Part shown: positions 30,399 through 39,675 of the stretch, one piece after another | Layout: each line of letters opens with the position of its first letter | How positions within the stretch are numbered: the stretch's first letter is position 1 | NCBI GenBank assembly: GCA_030682385.1 | Contig: JAUXOG010000104.1 | Coordinates: 24,023 to 88,022 of the forward strand | DNA from: Bacteroidota bacterium | Lineage (GTDB): Bacteria > Bacteroidota > Ignavibacteria > UBA10030 > BY39 | Reading direction: 5' to 3' | Length of the DNA: 64,000 nucleotides | Translations under genes and position numbers: made by a program | The notes under the pieces: generated by a model | Database searches by the model: none | The model's input: the letters and a program-made list of their open reading frames with translations, nothing else | What the model was told of the DNA's origin: nothing

Positions 30399-31953
30399 AA
30401 TTATAATCAAAAAAAATTCTTACTACGATTCAGTCAGCTTGATGCAATTGTCGGATAAAGCAAAATTGTTGCCCAACGTTCTTGATGCTGTTATATCGAT
30501 GGGCACAGAGACAAATATAAATTTTTTAAAAGATATAGATTTGTTCGATGGTCATTTGGATACAGCGGGACCGAACGATTTAGTGATAGCAATTCGGGTT
30601 GAAGACGAACGAGCACTTGAGAGTTCATCGAAGTTAATCGAAAATTTATTAAACCAAAAAGAATCTTCTGAACAAAAAGCGTCTGAAGATAAACCGGTTT
30701 CGTTTGATTATACGCTGCGGAAAAATGCGGATGCGAATATGGTGCTGGTCTCAATTCCGGGCGAATATGCTTATTACGAGTCGAAAAAGGGACTTATTGC
30801 AGATAAACACGTGATGATTTTCAGCGATAATGTAAGCGTTGAACAGGAAATTCAGCTAAAAGAGATGGCGGTTTCTAAAGGTTTGCTGCTGATGGGCCCT
30901 GATTGCGGAACGGCGATAATTAATGGAGTGCCGCTGGCTTTTGCAAATGTTATTCCGCAAGGTCAGATTGGAATCGTCGGAGCTTCCGGAACCGGTAGTC
31001 AACAAGTTAGCAGTTTGATTGCAAGGATGGGTTCGGGGATAACTCAACTTATAGGAACAGGCGGCAGAGATTTATCGGAAGCTGTCGGCGGGAAAATGAT
31101 GCTGCTTGGAATTGATGCGTTGAATGAAGATCCAAAAACAAAAGTAATCGTGTTGATTTCGAAACCGCCCGCAGAAAGTGTAATGGAAAAAGTTTTAGCA
31201 TCAGCATCGAAGTGCAGTAAGCCGGTTGTTGTTTGCTTTTTAGGTGGAAGAAAAGATGTAATTGAAAAATATAAATTAATCGCAGCCGATAATCTTGAAG
31301 AGGCAGCATTAAAAGCTGTGCAGCTTGCACCGGGTAAGACTATTGGAGGTTACTCTTCTGAAAACGAATTGTCCGCCACAGGCGGATTAGCCGAAATTGA
31401 AAAAGCGAAAATGAATTCAAACCAAAAATACATCCGTGGTTTGTATGCGGGCGGAACGCTTTGCGATGAATCCATAATTTATCTGCGTCAAATATTCGGA
31501 ACAATTTATTCCAATACGACAATCGACGCTGGGACGAAACTTACCGACAGCCGTATTTCAATGAGGGATACAATTATCGACCTCGGTGATGAGGAATTTA
31601 CATAAGGCAAATGTCACCCGATGTTTGAGCCGTCGTACAGACAATTGCGTTTGCTGAACGAAGCAAAAGATTCTGAAGTTGCTGTTATTTTGCTCGATAT
31701 AGTTTTGGGATACGGTTCGCACGAAGACCCCGCCGGCGCAATGCTCGAAAGTATAAAACAAGCTAAAGCAGAGTTTGAAAAACGTGGCGGCTATCTTTCG
31801 GTGATTGCTTCCGTTTGCGGAACTGAAGAAGACCCGCAAGTTTTATCCGCACAAGAAGCAAAACTTAAACAAGTTGGCGTAATCTGTATGCCGAGCAATT
31901 ATCAGGCAGTAAAGTTAGCGGCAAAGATCAAGGAAATTGTTTTAAAAAAATAA
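30388..31953 (+). CDS. fdrA: FdrA (AllF)-like CoA-binding/succinyl-CoA-synthetase-alpha-like protein, interrupted by an in-frame TAA at 31603-31605. It is annotated as one gene made of two in-frame ORFs (30388-31605 and 31621-31953).
   Basis: N-terminus IIKKNSYYDSVSLMQLS...VISMGT...GPNDLVIAIRVE resembles E. coli FdrA. The downstream ORF continues FdrA-like sequence (GKCHPMFEP...LLDIVLGYGSHEDPAGA...SVCGTEEDPQ) in the same frame, with no RBS of its own. Confidence 0.65.
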
Positions 31954-31965
31954 TGATTTTATATC

Positions 31966-32070
31966 ATCCCTAAAGGGATTATAAATATTTTGTCTCTAAA
32001 GAGACTGTCCCAAAGGGACAGAATATTTATAAAAAGATGGAATAGAAAACAAAAAAGTCCCTTTAGGGAC
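31966..32070 (+). repeat. Array of four short stem-loops (ATCCC-TAAA-GGGAT, GTCTC-TAAA-GAGAC, TGTCCC-AAA-GGGACA, GTCCC-TTTA-GGGAC). The middle two are enclosed by a 9 bp ATAAATATT / AATATTTAT outer stem.
   Basis: Read directly in the 157 bp spacer between the fdrA-like gene and the DUF1116 gene. Confidence 0.5.
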
Positions 32071-32110
32071 GGAATAATAATCGTGATAAAATAAATTAAC
32101 AATCAAAATA

Positions 32111-33511
32111 ATGTTACAAAAAATCGAAGAATTATTCTCAAATAAACTATCGGTAATAAATTTGGGAATCGAGTCATTCTCTGCCGACTTGCAATCGCAA
32201 AATGTAAAATCGATACATGTTAGATGGAAGCCGCCGGCATCTGGAAATAAAGAGTTGCTAAATCTTTTATCTGCACTTTATACTGATGGAGTAGAATCCG
32301 CAAACCGGAAGGTTCTTGAAATCATCGCTAACGGTCATCCGAAACTTATCGGTTTAGGGATTGCTAAAGAAGTTATTCCGAATTTTACCGAGAAAACAAT
32401 TTTACACGCCGGTCCACCGATAACTTGGGAAAATATGTGCGGACCAATGCGGGGCGCCGTAATTGGCGGGTTGATATACGAAGGTCTTGCCAAAGATGTT
32501 GAAGCCGCTGAAAAAATTGTATCAACTGAAATTACTTTTTCACCCTGCCATCACTTCCATACAGTCGGACCGATGGCTGGAATTGTTACCGCCTCGATGC
32601 CGGTTTGGATTGTGAAGAATGATGCCTATGGGAACTTAGCTTATGCAACAATGAACGAAGGACTTGGAAAAGTTCTGAGGTTCGGGGCTTACGGTACGGA
32701 AGTTATACAACGATTAGACTGGATGCGCGATGAATTGTATCCAATCTTAAAACAGTCGTTAGACATAAAAGGTGAAATCGATCTGCGAATTTTAATTTCA
32801 CAAGCACTTCAAATGGGGGATGAATGTCATAACCGGAATAAAGCTTTCACATCACTTTTCCTTCGTGAAATCGCACCGGCAATCGCACGGACTGATTTTT
32901 CAAACGAACAAAAGGCAAAAGTTCTTGAGTTCATACATTCAAACGACCATTTCGGTTTAAACTTATCGATGCCTGCGAGCAAATCTATTATGGAAGCGGC
33001 TGAGGGGATCGAAAATTCTACGATCGTTACAACGATGGCGCGTAATGGAACTGAATTCGGAATTCGTGTTGCAGGATTAAAAGGCAAATGGTTTACAGCA
33101 AAATCGCCGAAAGTGCGAGGACTATATTTCCCCGGTTACACAGAAAACGATGCAGCACTCGACCTTGGCGATTCGGTGATTACCGAGACGTCAGGTATCG
33201 GCGGGTTCGCTATGGCTTGTGCACCGGCGATAGTCGGCTTCGTCGGAGGCAAAGCTTCTGATGCTCTCGACTATTCGCAACAAATGTATCAAATAACTTT
33301 ATCGGAGAGTAAACATTTTCAAATTCCAGCTTTGAATTTTCGGGGAACAGCTACGGGCATCGATATACGCAAAGTAATTGAAACCGGAATCTTACCGATA
33401 ATTAACACAGGCATTGCACACAAAAATGCAGGCGTCGGGCAAGTGGGCGCAGGACTTGTAAACCCCCCGATGGAATGTTTTGAAAAAGCATTACAAAATT
33501 TTAAAAAATAA
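32111..33511 (+). CDS. DUF1116-family protein (AllG/YlbE-like component of oxamate carbamoyltransferase).
   Basis: 466 aa with the characteristic motifs (for example the HAGPPI...GPMRGAVIGGL...SPCHHF region). Follows the FdrA-like gene. Confidence 0.6.
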   Translation: MLQKIEELFSNKLSVINLGIESFSADLQSQNVKSIHVRWKPPASGNKELLNLLSALYTDGVESANRKVLEIIANGHPKLIGLGIAKEVIPNFTEKTILHAGPPITWENMCGPMRGAVIGGLIYEGLAKDVEAAEKIVSTEITFSPCHHFHTVGPMAGIVTASMPVWIVKNDAYGNLAYATMNEGLGKVLRFGAYGTEVIQRLDWMRDELYPILKQSLDIKGEIDLRILISQALQMGDECHNRNKAFTSLFLREIAPAIARTDFSNEQKAKVLEFIHSNDHFGLNLSMPASKSIMEAAEGIENSTIVTTMARNGTEFGIRVAGLKGKWFTAKSPKVRGLYFPGYTENDAALDLGDSVITETSGIGGFAMACAPAIVGFVGGKASDALDYSQQMYQITLSESKHFQIPALNFRGTATGIDIRKVIETGILPIINTGIAHKNAGVGQVGAGLVNPPMECFEKALQNFKK

Positions 33512-33540
33512 AAAACCTAAAACGAACTAAAGGAAACAAA

Positions 33541-34320
33541 ATGAAAATAATTGATTTAACACAACGACTATCAGTAATGACACCGGCTTGGCCCACTTAT
33601 GAACCGTTGAAAGTGTATTTCTTTAAACGACTTTCTTCTAACGGTGCGAACGGACAAATCATCAGTACGAGCAATCACATCGGAACGCACATGGATGGCG
33701 AAATCCATTTCCACACCGCCGGAAGAACAATCGGTAATCAGCCGATTGAAGATTTTGTCGGTGCCGGCGTTGTCGTTGACATCTCCGACATAATGGGAGA
33801 TTACGATATTTACACATCGAAGATGCTGATGGAGCGTGCTGATATTCGCAAAGGCGACATCTTGATTATTAATACCGGCTACCATAAATATGCGTGGGAT
33901 CAACCTGAAGCTAACGAGATACGATATTTTTGCAAACATCCCGGTCCCGCAAGTGAGTTTGTTGAATGGTGCGAAGAGATGCAATTCAAATGGATTGGTG
34001 TTGACTGTGGAAGCGCCGACCATCCGATGAATACGATTATCAGAAAATGGTCGGAAGATTTATACGGATTGGCTACGGAAGCTTCGGAACACATGAAGAA
34101 AAAATATGGTAAGACGCTTGAAGAACTTTTTCCGAAAAAAGATTATCAGCAAATGCACTTTAAACTTTTCCCGAAGAAAATAATTCATGCAGAAAATATT
34201 GGCGGCGATATTAACCTATTATCCAACCAAAGAACTCACATCGGTGCGTTTCCGTGGCGGGCGATTGAACTCGAATCCTGCATCTGCCGGATTGTTGCGT
34301 TCCCCGATATAAAAGAATAA
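33541..34320 (+). CDS. Cyclase-family metal-dependent hydrolase (kynurenine-formamidase-like, PF04199).
   Basis: SNHIGTHMDGEIHF (HxGTHxD) cyclase motif. Confidence 0.7.
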   Translation: MKIIDLTQRLSVMTPAWPTYEPLKVYFFKRLSSNGANGQIISTSNHIGTHMDGEIHFHTAGRTIGNQPIEDFVGAGVVVDISDIMGDYDIYTSKMLMERADIRKGDILIINTGYHKYAWDQPEANEIRYFCKHPGPASEFVEWCEEMQFKWIGVDCGSADHPMNTIIRKWSEDLYGLATEASEHMKKKYGKTLEELFPKKDYQQMHFKLFPKKIIHAENIGGDINLLSNQRTHIGAFPWRAIELESCICRIVAFPDIKE

Positions 34321-34325
34321 TATCA

Positions 34326-35648
34326 TTGGTCGAAAATTTATCCACAAAAAATTTTGCCGTTGAACCTGAAGCCAATTCTCTAAAACGAATTGCTGATAAA
34401 CTTCGAAGCGGTGAGCTATCTTTAAAATCATACATCGATCAGATTCAAAAAAGATTTGAACTTGTAGAACCGCACATCAAAGCTTTTCTTGAAGAGCCAA
34501 ATCGTTTCGAAAGATTGCACCGGGAAGCCGAACAACTTGAAACGGAATTTGATAAACAAAGGGAGCTCCCGCTGCTTTTAGAAATTCCCGTTGGCATTAA
34601 AGATTTATTTCATGTTGAAGGTTTCGAGACGAAAGCCGGAAGTAATTTACCGTCAGATATTTTTAAATCGCCGGAAGGACAAGCTGTAAAAGCGCTCAAG
34701 TCTGCCGGTGCTTTAGTCTTAGGAAAAACTGTAACAACTGAGTTTGCATATTTTGCACCGGGACCAACCCGCAATCCGCATAATCTCAATCATACACCCG
34801 GGGGTTCATCGAGCGGCTCTGCTGCTGCTGTTGCATCAGGACTCACTCCGCTGGCGTTGGGAACGCAGACAATCGGATCGGTAATCAGGCCGGCAGCTTT
34901 TTGCGGAGTTGTTGGCTTCAAACCAAGCCAAAACCGCATTGCTACCGACGGAGTTGTGCCGTTTTCGCCAACTGTTGACCAAATTGGCTTCTTTACTTCT
35001 GATGTCGAAAGCGGTGAATTTGCTGCTTCGGTTTTGTGTGAAAAGTGGATAACTGTGGGTAAAGTTGATAAGATTAAGTTGGGGATACCTGAGGGGGCAT
35101 ATCTCGAAGAAACTTCCCCGGAAACATTAACACATTTTTGGGCAGTCGTAAAGCGATTGGAAGATACAGGTTTAGAGATTGTGCGAATGGAAGTGATGAA
35201 AAATTTTGAGGAGATAGTTCATATTCACAACAAATTGATAGCTGCTGAAGCGGCAATTGTTCATCAAAATTGGTTTGAAAAATATTCGCATTTGTATAAT
35301 CCGAAAACTGTCGAGTTGATATTGAAAGGACAAAGTGTAAAAGAGAATGAATTAAGAGATTGTAAAAACAATCGCGCTCATTTTCGTTCGGAATTAATTG
35401 AGATAATGAATCGCAACAATATAACGGCTTTCATAACACCTTCGACAGTTGGTCATGCACCTTTCGGATTGGATTCAACAGGTGATCCGATTATGAATTT
35501 GCCGTGGACATTTGCAGGATTGCCTGCGATAAATTTACCGGTTGGCAAGTTTGCAAACGGACTTCCATTCGGTTTGCAGGTTGTGGGAAATTACTGGAAA
35601 GATGAGGAATTGTTGAAAATTGCATCTGTAATTGAAACTAAAAAATAA
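34326..35648 (+). CDS. Amidase-signature family amidohydrolase. TTG start.
   Basis: GGSSSGSAAAVASG amidase-signature motif and K...S...S triad context. Confidence 0.8.
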   Translation: MVENLSTKNFAVEPEANSLKRIADKLRSGELSLKSYIDQIQKRFELVEPHIKAFLEEPNRFERLHREAEQLETEFDKQRELPLLLEIPVGIKDLFHVEGFETKAGSNLPSDIFKSPEGQAVKALKSAGALVLGKTVTTEFAYFAPGPTRNPHNLNHTPGGSSSGSAAAVASGLTPLALGTQTIGSVIRPAAFCGVVGFKPSQNRIATDGVVPFSPTVDQIGFFTSDVESGEFAASVLCEKWITVGKVDKIKLGIPEGAYLEETSPETLTHFWAVVKRLEDTGLEIVRMEVMKNFEEIVHIHNKLIAAEAAIVHQNWFEKYSHLYNPKTVELILKGQSVKENELRDCKNNRAHFRSELIEIMNRNNITAFITPSTVGHAPFGLDSTGDPIMNLPWTFAGLPAINLPVGKFANGLPFGLQVVGNYWKDEELLKIASVIETKK

Positions 35649-35753
35649 GCTACTTATAAATTTCGTGAGTACCCAATATTCTTTGTACTCCTGACTTCCG
35701 CACCTTTTTTTAAAAAACTAAAAATCTTTCTATATAACATACTACAAACATTT

Positions 35754-35896
35754 GAGTCGCCTACGGCGACCTACGGACTCGATTCTAATAGATGTCTGTA
35801 GAATATGAAAAATAAATAATACCGACTCCATTAGGAGTCGAATGTTTGTAGAAAGAAACAAAAAAAAATACCGACTCCAGCGGAGTCGAATGTTTT
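35754..35896. repeat. Three small hairpins sharing a GAGTC/GACTC core. Two are copies of a roughly 30 nt unit, AATACCGACTCC-(loop)-GGAGTCGAATGTTT, at 35819-35848 and 35868-35896.
   Basis: Read directly in the 440 bp spacer downstream of the amidase gene. REP-like or terminator-like. Confidence 0.45.
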
Positions 35897-36089
35897 ATTG
35901 AAACCCCGCAGTTGGTTTAATTTTTTTCAAGTGCCAACAACGCTTCATATTTTTTGCGAGGGAGTATCACTAAATCATCTTCTTTGATATATTTCTTGGG
36001 AATCGTTATAAGTGTCATTTTGCAATTCATAAATAAAACAATTATCTTGAAAACGAATTAATTGAATTTCAAACCAAATTTTTTCCCTT

Positions 36090-36722
36090 ATGAAAACAAA
36101 AATCTTTGCAGCGGTAGCTGGTAATATTGGATCGGGCAAATCGTCGTTAACACGACTTCTTGCAAAAGAATACGAATGGGATGCCTATTATGAATCGGTT
36201 GATGATAATCCGTATTTGAGCGATTTCTATGGTGATATGGGACGATGGTCGTTTAATTTACAAGTTTATTTTTTATCCAAACGTTTCCGCGACCATAAAT
36301 CTATTGTTGAAGGGGATAAATCGGTAATACAGGACAGATCGATTTACGAGGACGCCGAGATATTTGCAAAAAATCTGAACAAGATAGGGAAGATGGACGA
36401 CCGCGATTATAAAAATTACGTCGAGCTATATAAAGTTATGATGGAGTATCTTCAACCGCCCGGTTTACTGATTTATCTTGAAGCAAAAATAGAAACTTTA
36501 CTTGAGCAAATCGCAAAACGAGGGCGCGAGTACGAACAGAGCATCCCTCGCGCGTACTTAGAACAATTAGATGAGAACTACAAAGAATGGATCGGTAACT
36601 ACAAACTCGGTCCTCTGCTGGTGATCCCATCGGACGAAGTGGATTTCGTGCACGAGAAAGGCGACTTTAACAGAGTATTGATGTTGATACAAGCTAAGCT
36701 GATGGATTTAGGATATATTTAA
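36090..36722 (+). CDS. Deoxynucleoside kinase (dAK/dGK/dCK family).
   Basis: AVAGNIGSGKSSL P-loop and the dNK family pattern (ERS, DR motifs). Confidence 0.85.
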   Translation: MKTKIFAAVAGNIGSGKSSLTRLLAKEYEWDAYYESVDDNPYLSDFYGDMGRWSFNLQVYFLSKRFRDHKSIVEGDKSVIQDRSIYEDAEIFAKNLNKIGKMDDRDYKNYVELYKVMMEYLQPPGLLIYLEAKIETLLEQIAKRGREYEQSIPRAYLEQLDENYKEWIGNYKLGPLLVIPSDEVDFVHEKGDFNRVLMLIQAKLMDLGYI

Positions 36723-36844
36723 TATCTTTGTAATATTGACACCTCGTACTCAATAAATGATCTCAACAAAGCCGGCTCAATCCAATTTTGAAAATCCTAC
36801 TCAGGGACTTTAACCTTTTACGAAACATTAATTGTGGATACCGC

Positions 36845-38578
36845 TCACTTCAGTAACAAAAGTTTCTTTGTTTCTGTAAAAGTCTCAGTCTGTAAACGAT
36901 AGAAGTAAACACCGCTCGGAAGGGTGGAGGCGTTGAACTCAACTTCATACCGTCCTGCTTCTCGTTTCTCATTCACAAGTGTTGCCACTTCTTGCCCAAG
37001 CATGTTGTAGACTTTTAGTGTTACATAGTAAGTCGGAATACCATTCCGACCTACACTTGGCAATTGATAATTGATAATTGTTGACGGGTTGAACGGGTTG
37101 GGATAGTTTTGATAAAGCTCAAATTTATCCGGGACTGATGCGGATGTTTTTACGTCCGTTATTGATCCATTCGCATTTAGTCGTTGAGCATAAATATCTA
37201 AATTACCACCTCCACGATAATCAGCCCAGGTAAGTATCGCGCCACCACCGTCAATCGGGATGATTTTTGGAAATGATTGTGCATTAGTTGCCGTACTTAC
37301 CGGAACGCCGTTTGTCGCCCAAAGAATATTACCCGATGTATCGACCCGTTGAGCATAAATATCGTACAGATAGCCCGGATAATCAGCTGTTTCAGATGTC
37401 CTGTCGCAATGCCAGGCCATTATTGCACCACCATTGGCATCATTAATTATTTCAGGCGTAGAGCGGGCCCACTTACGAGAACATATTGGAACACCGAGTG
37501 TGTCCCACAGAACTGTTCCGTTATTACTAACCCGCTGCGCCATTATGTGATTGTCGTAATATGAGATATAGATTGAATAGACAAAAATGAGACCATTTGA
37601 GCCGTCCACAATAAAATTAGCATATCCGGATAAATCCTGAGTTTCGCTCGTCAGACGTTTGCCATTCGCGATCCACTGGTTCACACCTGAAGCGTTCAAG
37701 TGTTGCCCGTAGAATTTTCGGTTATGGGATGGTCCGCGGCTATCTTCCCAGATAATAAAGACACCGCCTTGTTTATCGGGTTGTGCTGTAGGAATTTGTG
37801 AAGAGGTTGTCAGATTAGCAATCGCGACCCCTGCTGTAGCCCACATCTTCGTACCGGCAGCATTTACGCGTTGAGCAAAAAGATTTCTTGTTGCATCAGT
37901 GCGCACATGAGTCCAGATAATTATTGCGCCGCCTGAATCATCGCTTACCATACACGATGGATATTGCACGCTTGTGGCGGTTGCTATCGCAACTCCAGTC
38001 GAGGTCCACATGATATTTCCCGAAGAGTCAACTCGCTGCGCATAAACATCGGAATGATCCATACCACCGCTACGATCATCTCTCCAGGCGATGATGGCTC
38101 CGCCAGCACCATCGGTGGTAATTTGCGTTGTATATGCCAATCCGGCTTTTACGGCTACACCGTTCGTTGCCCAAAACACTTGCCCATTTGCATCAACACG
38201 CTGGGCGTATATATTTCCGCTGGTCACACCGGTTCGTCGGTCATCCCAAACTATAATTGCCCCACCCTTCCCGTCGGAAATAATTTTTGGAGTCAATTGT
38301 TCGTACATAGTGGTACAAAGAGCAACCCCGTTCGTATTCCATCGAACACTTCCATTTTTATCTATGCGCTGCGTGTAAATATCACCTGCATCCGTTCGTT
38401 TATCCTTCCATGCAATGATGGCTCCATTGTCGCCATCACTGCATAAAACCTGGTCTCTTTGATCATTAGTAAAAGTACAAATAGGATTGTTTACTGCAGG
38501 GTTGGACGACCATTGTGCAACTCCAACATTTGAAAGAACGAACAGTAGAATAAATATAGAATACTTATAAAGTTTCAT
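36845..38578 (-). CDS. Secreted repeat protein with a T9SS (Por) C-terminal sorting domain. It has roughly eight 44 aa repeats of the form (D/N)IYAQRVDxxGxxxWxTNGV.
   Basis: Signal peptide, internal repeat periodicity, and a C-terminal ...VYFYRLQTETFTETKKLLLLK tail typical of por_Cterm domains. Confidence 0.7.
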   Translation of the reverse strand: MKLYKYSIFILLFVLSNVGVAQWSSNPAVNNPICTFTNDQRDQVLCSDGDNGAIIAWKDKRTDAGDIYTQRIDKNGSVRWNTNGVALCTTMYEQLTPKIISDGKGGAIIVWDDRRTGVTSGNIYAQRVDANGQVFWATNGVAVKAGLAYTTQITTDGAGGAIIAWRDDRSGGMDHSDVYAQRVDSSGNIMWTSTGVAIATATSVQYPSCMVSDDSGGAIIIWTHVRTDATRNLFAQRVNAAGTKMWATAGVAIANLTTSSQIPTAQPDKQGGVFIIWEDSRGPSHNRKFYGQHLNASGVNQWIANGKRLTSETQDLSGYANFIVDGSNGLIFVYSIYISYYDNHIMAQRVSNNGTVLWDTLGVPICSRKWARSTPEIINDANGGAIMAWHCDRTSETADYPGYLYDIYAQRVDTSGNILWATNGVPVSTATNAQSFPKIIPIDGGGAILTWADYRGGGNLDIYAQRLNANGSITDVKTSASVPDKFELYQNYPNPFNPSTIINYQLPSVGRNGIPTYYVTLKVYNMLGQEVATLVNEKREAGRYEVEFNASTLPSGVYFYRLQTETFTETKKLLLLK

Positions 38579-39065
38579 AAATCCTCCATAATTAATAAAT
38601 GTGAATAGCTTGAGCCCCCAAAATTACGCAGGGGATGTTATTGTAATGTTGTATCATCTCTAACCAATAATGAGTTATCTCGTGAAGCGAAAATGTTCAG
38701 TTGAACAAAACTCACGAAGAATCAACGATTGCACTATTCGGTGGTGTGATTAAACTTGGTGTTGATGAGATTCTAAGAATTCTGATGCTACCGTAGAATA
38801 ATGTGTTTAGTTTTTAATATTAAATAACGCGAGTTAGCTGCCACCTCAAATCCTATGTGCAACTTACCCTTCTCCATGATGCCCATCGAATAATTTTCTA
38901 TATTTTTCAAAAACAAAGAACTTGAAAAAACTTGATATTCTACAATCGAATATAAATAAATTAATAGATTATATCAATAGTCATCACTATTTATTTTCGG
39001 TGAACGCTTTAGTTTTAGAATGAAAAATTGTGTTTTTTAGATGAAAAACACACAATTTGGATTCT

Positions 39066-39190
39066 AAACTTTATCCTTTTTCCTCAGTTTCATAATCACT
39101 TCACTTCCGGTTGCACTAAGTTTAAATTGAACGCTATCCATAAATTGCTGTATTAAGAAAATTCCTCTTGTCTTCCGCAAACATTTTTCA
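39066..39190 (-). pseudogene. Orphan fragment (about 80% nucleotide identity) duplicating the 3' end of the anti-sigma kinase gene at 41432-41863.
   Basis: ttatcctttttcctcagtttcataatcacttca...gaacgctatccataaattgctgtattaa aligns with 41431-41545. Confidence 0.6.
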
Positions 39191-39342
39191 ATTCAAATCT
39201 ATTCCGGCTAAGGCGGAATTGTAAAATTATGCGTTAACGTCCTATGACTTATTCGACTGGGTACTGCAAGCCTGAAAACTGGAGGAACACGGATATAAAA
39301 TTTTATAGCAGGTTCCACAAAGAATTTTGGGATTTACTCTGA

Positions 39343-39382
39343 CGCTTCGTGTCTTTCGTGTCCGACTTCGTACTCTTCGTGT
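39343..39382. repeat. Four tandem 9-11 nt units, (C)TTCGTGT.
   Basis: gcttcgtgt ctttcgtgt ccgacttcgta ctcttcgtgt, read directly. Confidence 0.4.
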
Positions 39383-39509
39383 AACTAAAAAACAATTGAA
39401 CATATGAAACAATAAATCAGAAGTACATCAGGTCAAGATTCCGGGTTGATTACCGGATATATTTGTTTTCAGAACACGGGGAAATTGAAAAAAGTATTAT
39501 GGTACTGCA

Positions 39510-39655
39510 TTGCGGAAAAAAGGAAGAATTACAAAATCTGTCCGCTCCTTGTTATCCTCTCCGACGAGGTAAATTTTGTACACGAGAAGGGTGATTTTAA
39601 CCGCGTGTTGATGTTGATTCAAGTCAAATTAATGGAGATAGGATATATAGGTTAG
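39510..39655 (+). pseudogene. Orphan fragment duplicating the last roughly 40 codons of the deoxynucleoside kinase gene (about 75% nucleotide identity; amino-acid sequence conserved: PLLVILSDEVNFVHEKGDFNRVLMLIQVKLMEIGYI).
   Basis: Aligns in-frame with 36601-36722. The differences are mostly synonymous. Confidence 0.65.
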
Positions 39656-39675
39656 TTGGGGTTGGCTCTTGAACA

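Noticed and set aside
30388-31953. Alternative reading of the FdrA-like region as two genuinely separate genes.
   Set aside because: Both ORFs are in the same frame. Conserved sequence continues through the five codons between the TAA and the ATG, and there is no RBS or spacing typical of a separate start. A single interrupted gene is more parsimonious (kept as a finding for verification).
39446-39655. A 69 aa plus-strand ORF called in the ORF track.
   Set aside because: Only its last roughly 40 codons resemble anything (the deoxynucleoside kinase C-terminus). The N-terminal part is unrelated filler, so it is annotated as an orphan gene-end fragment rather than a functional CDS.
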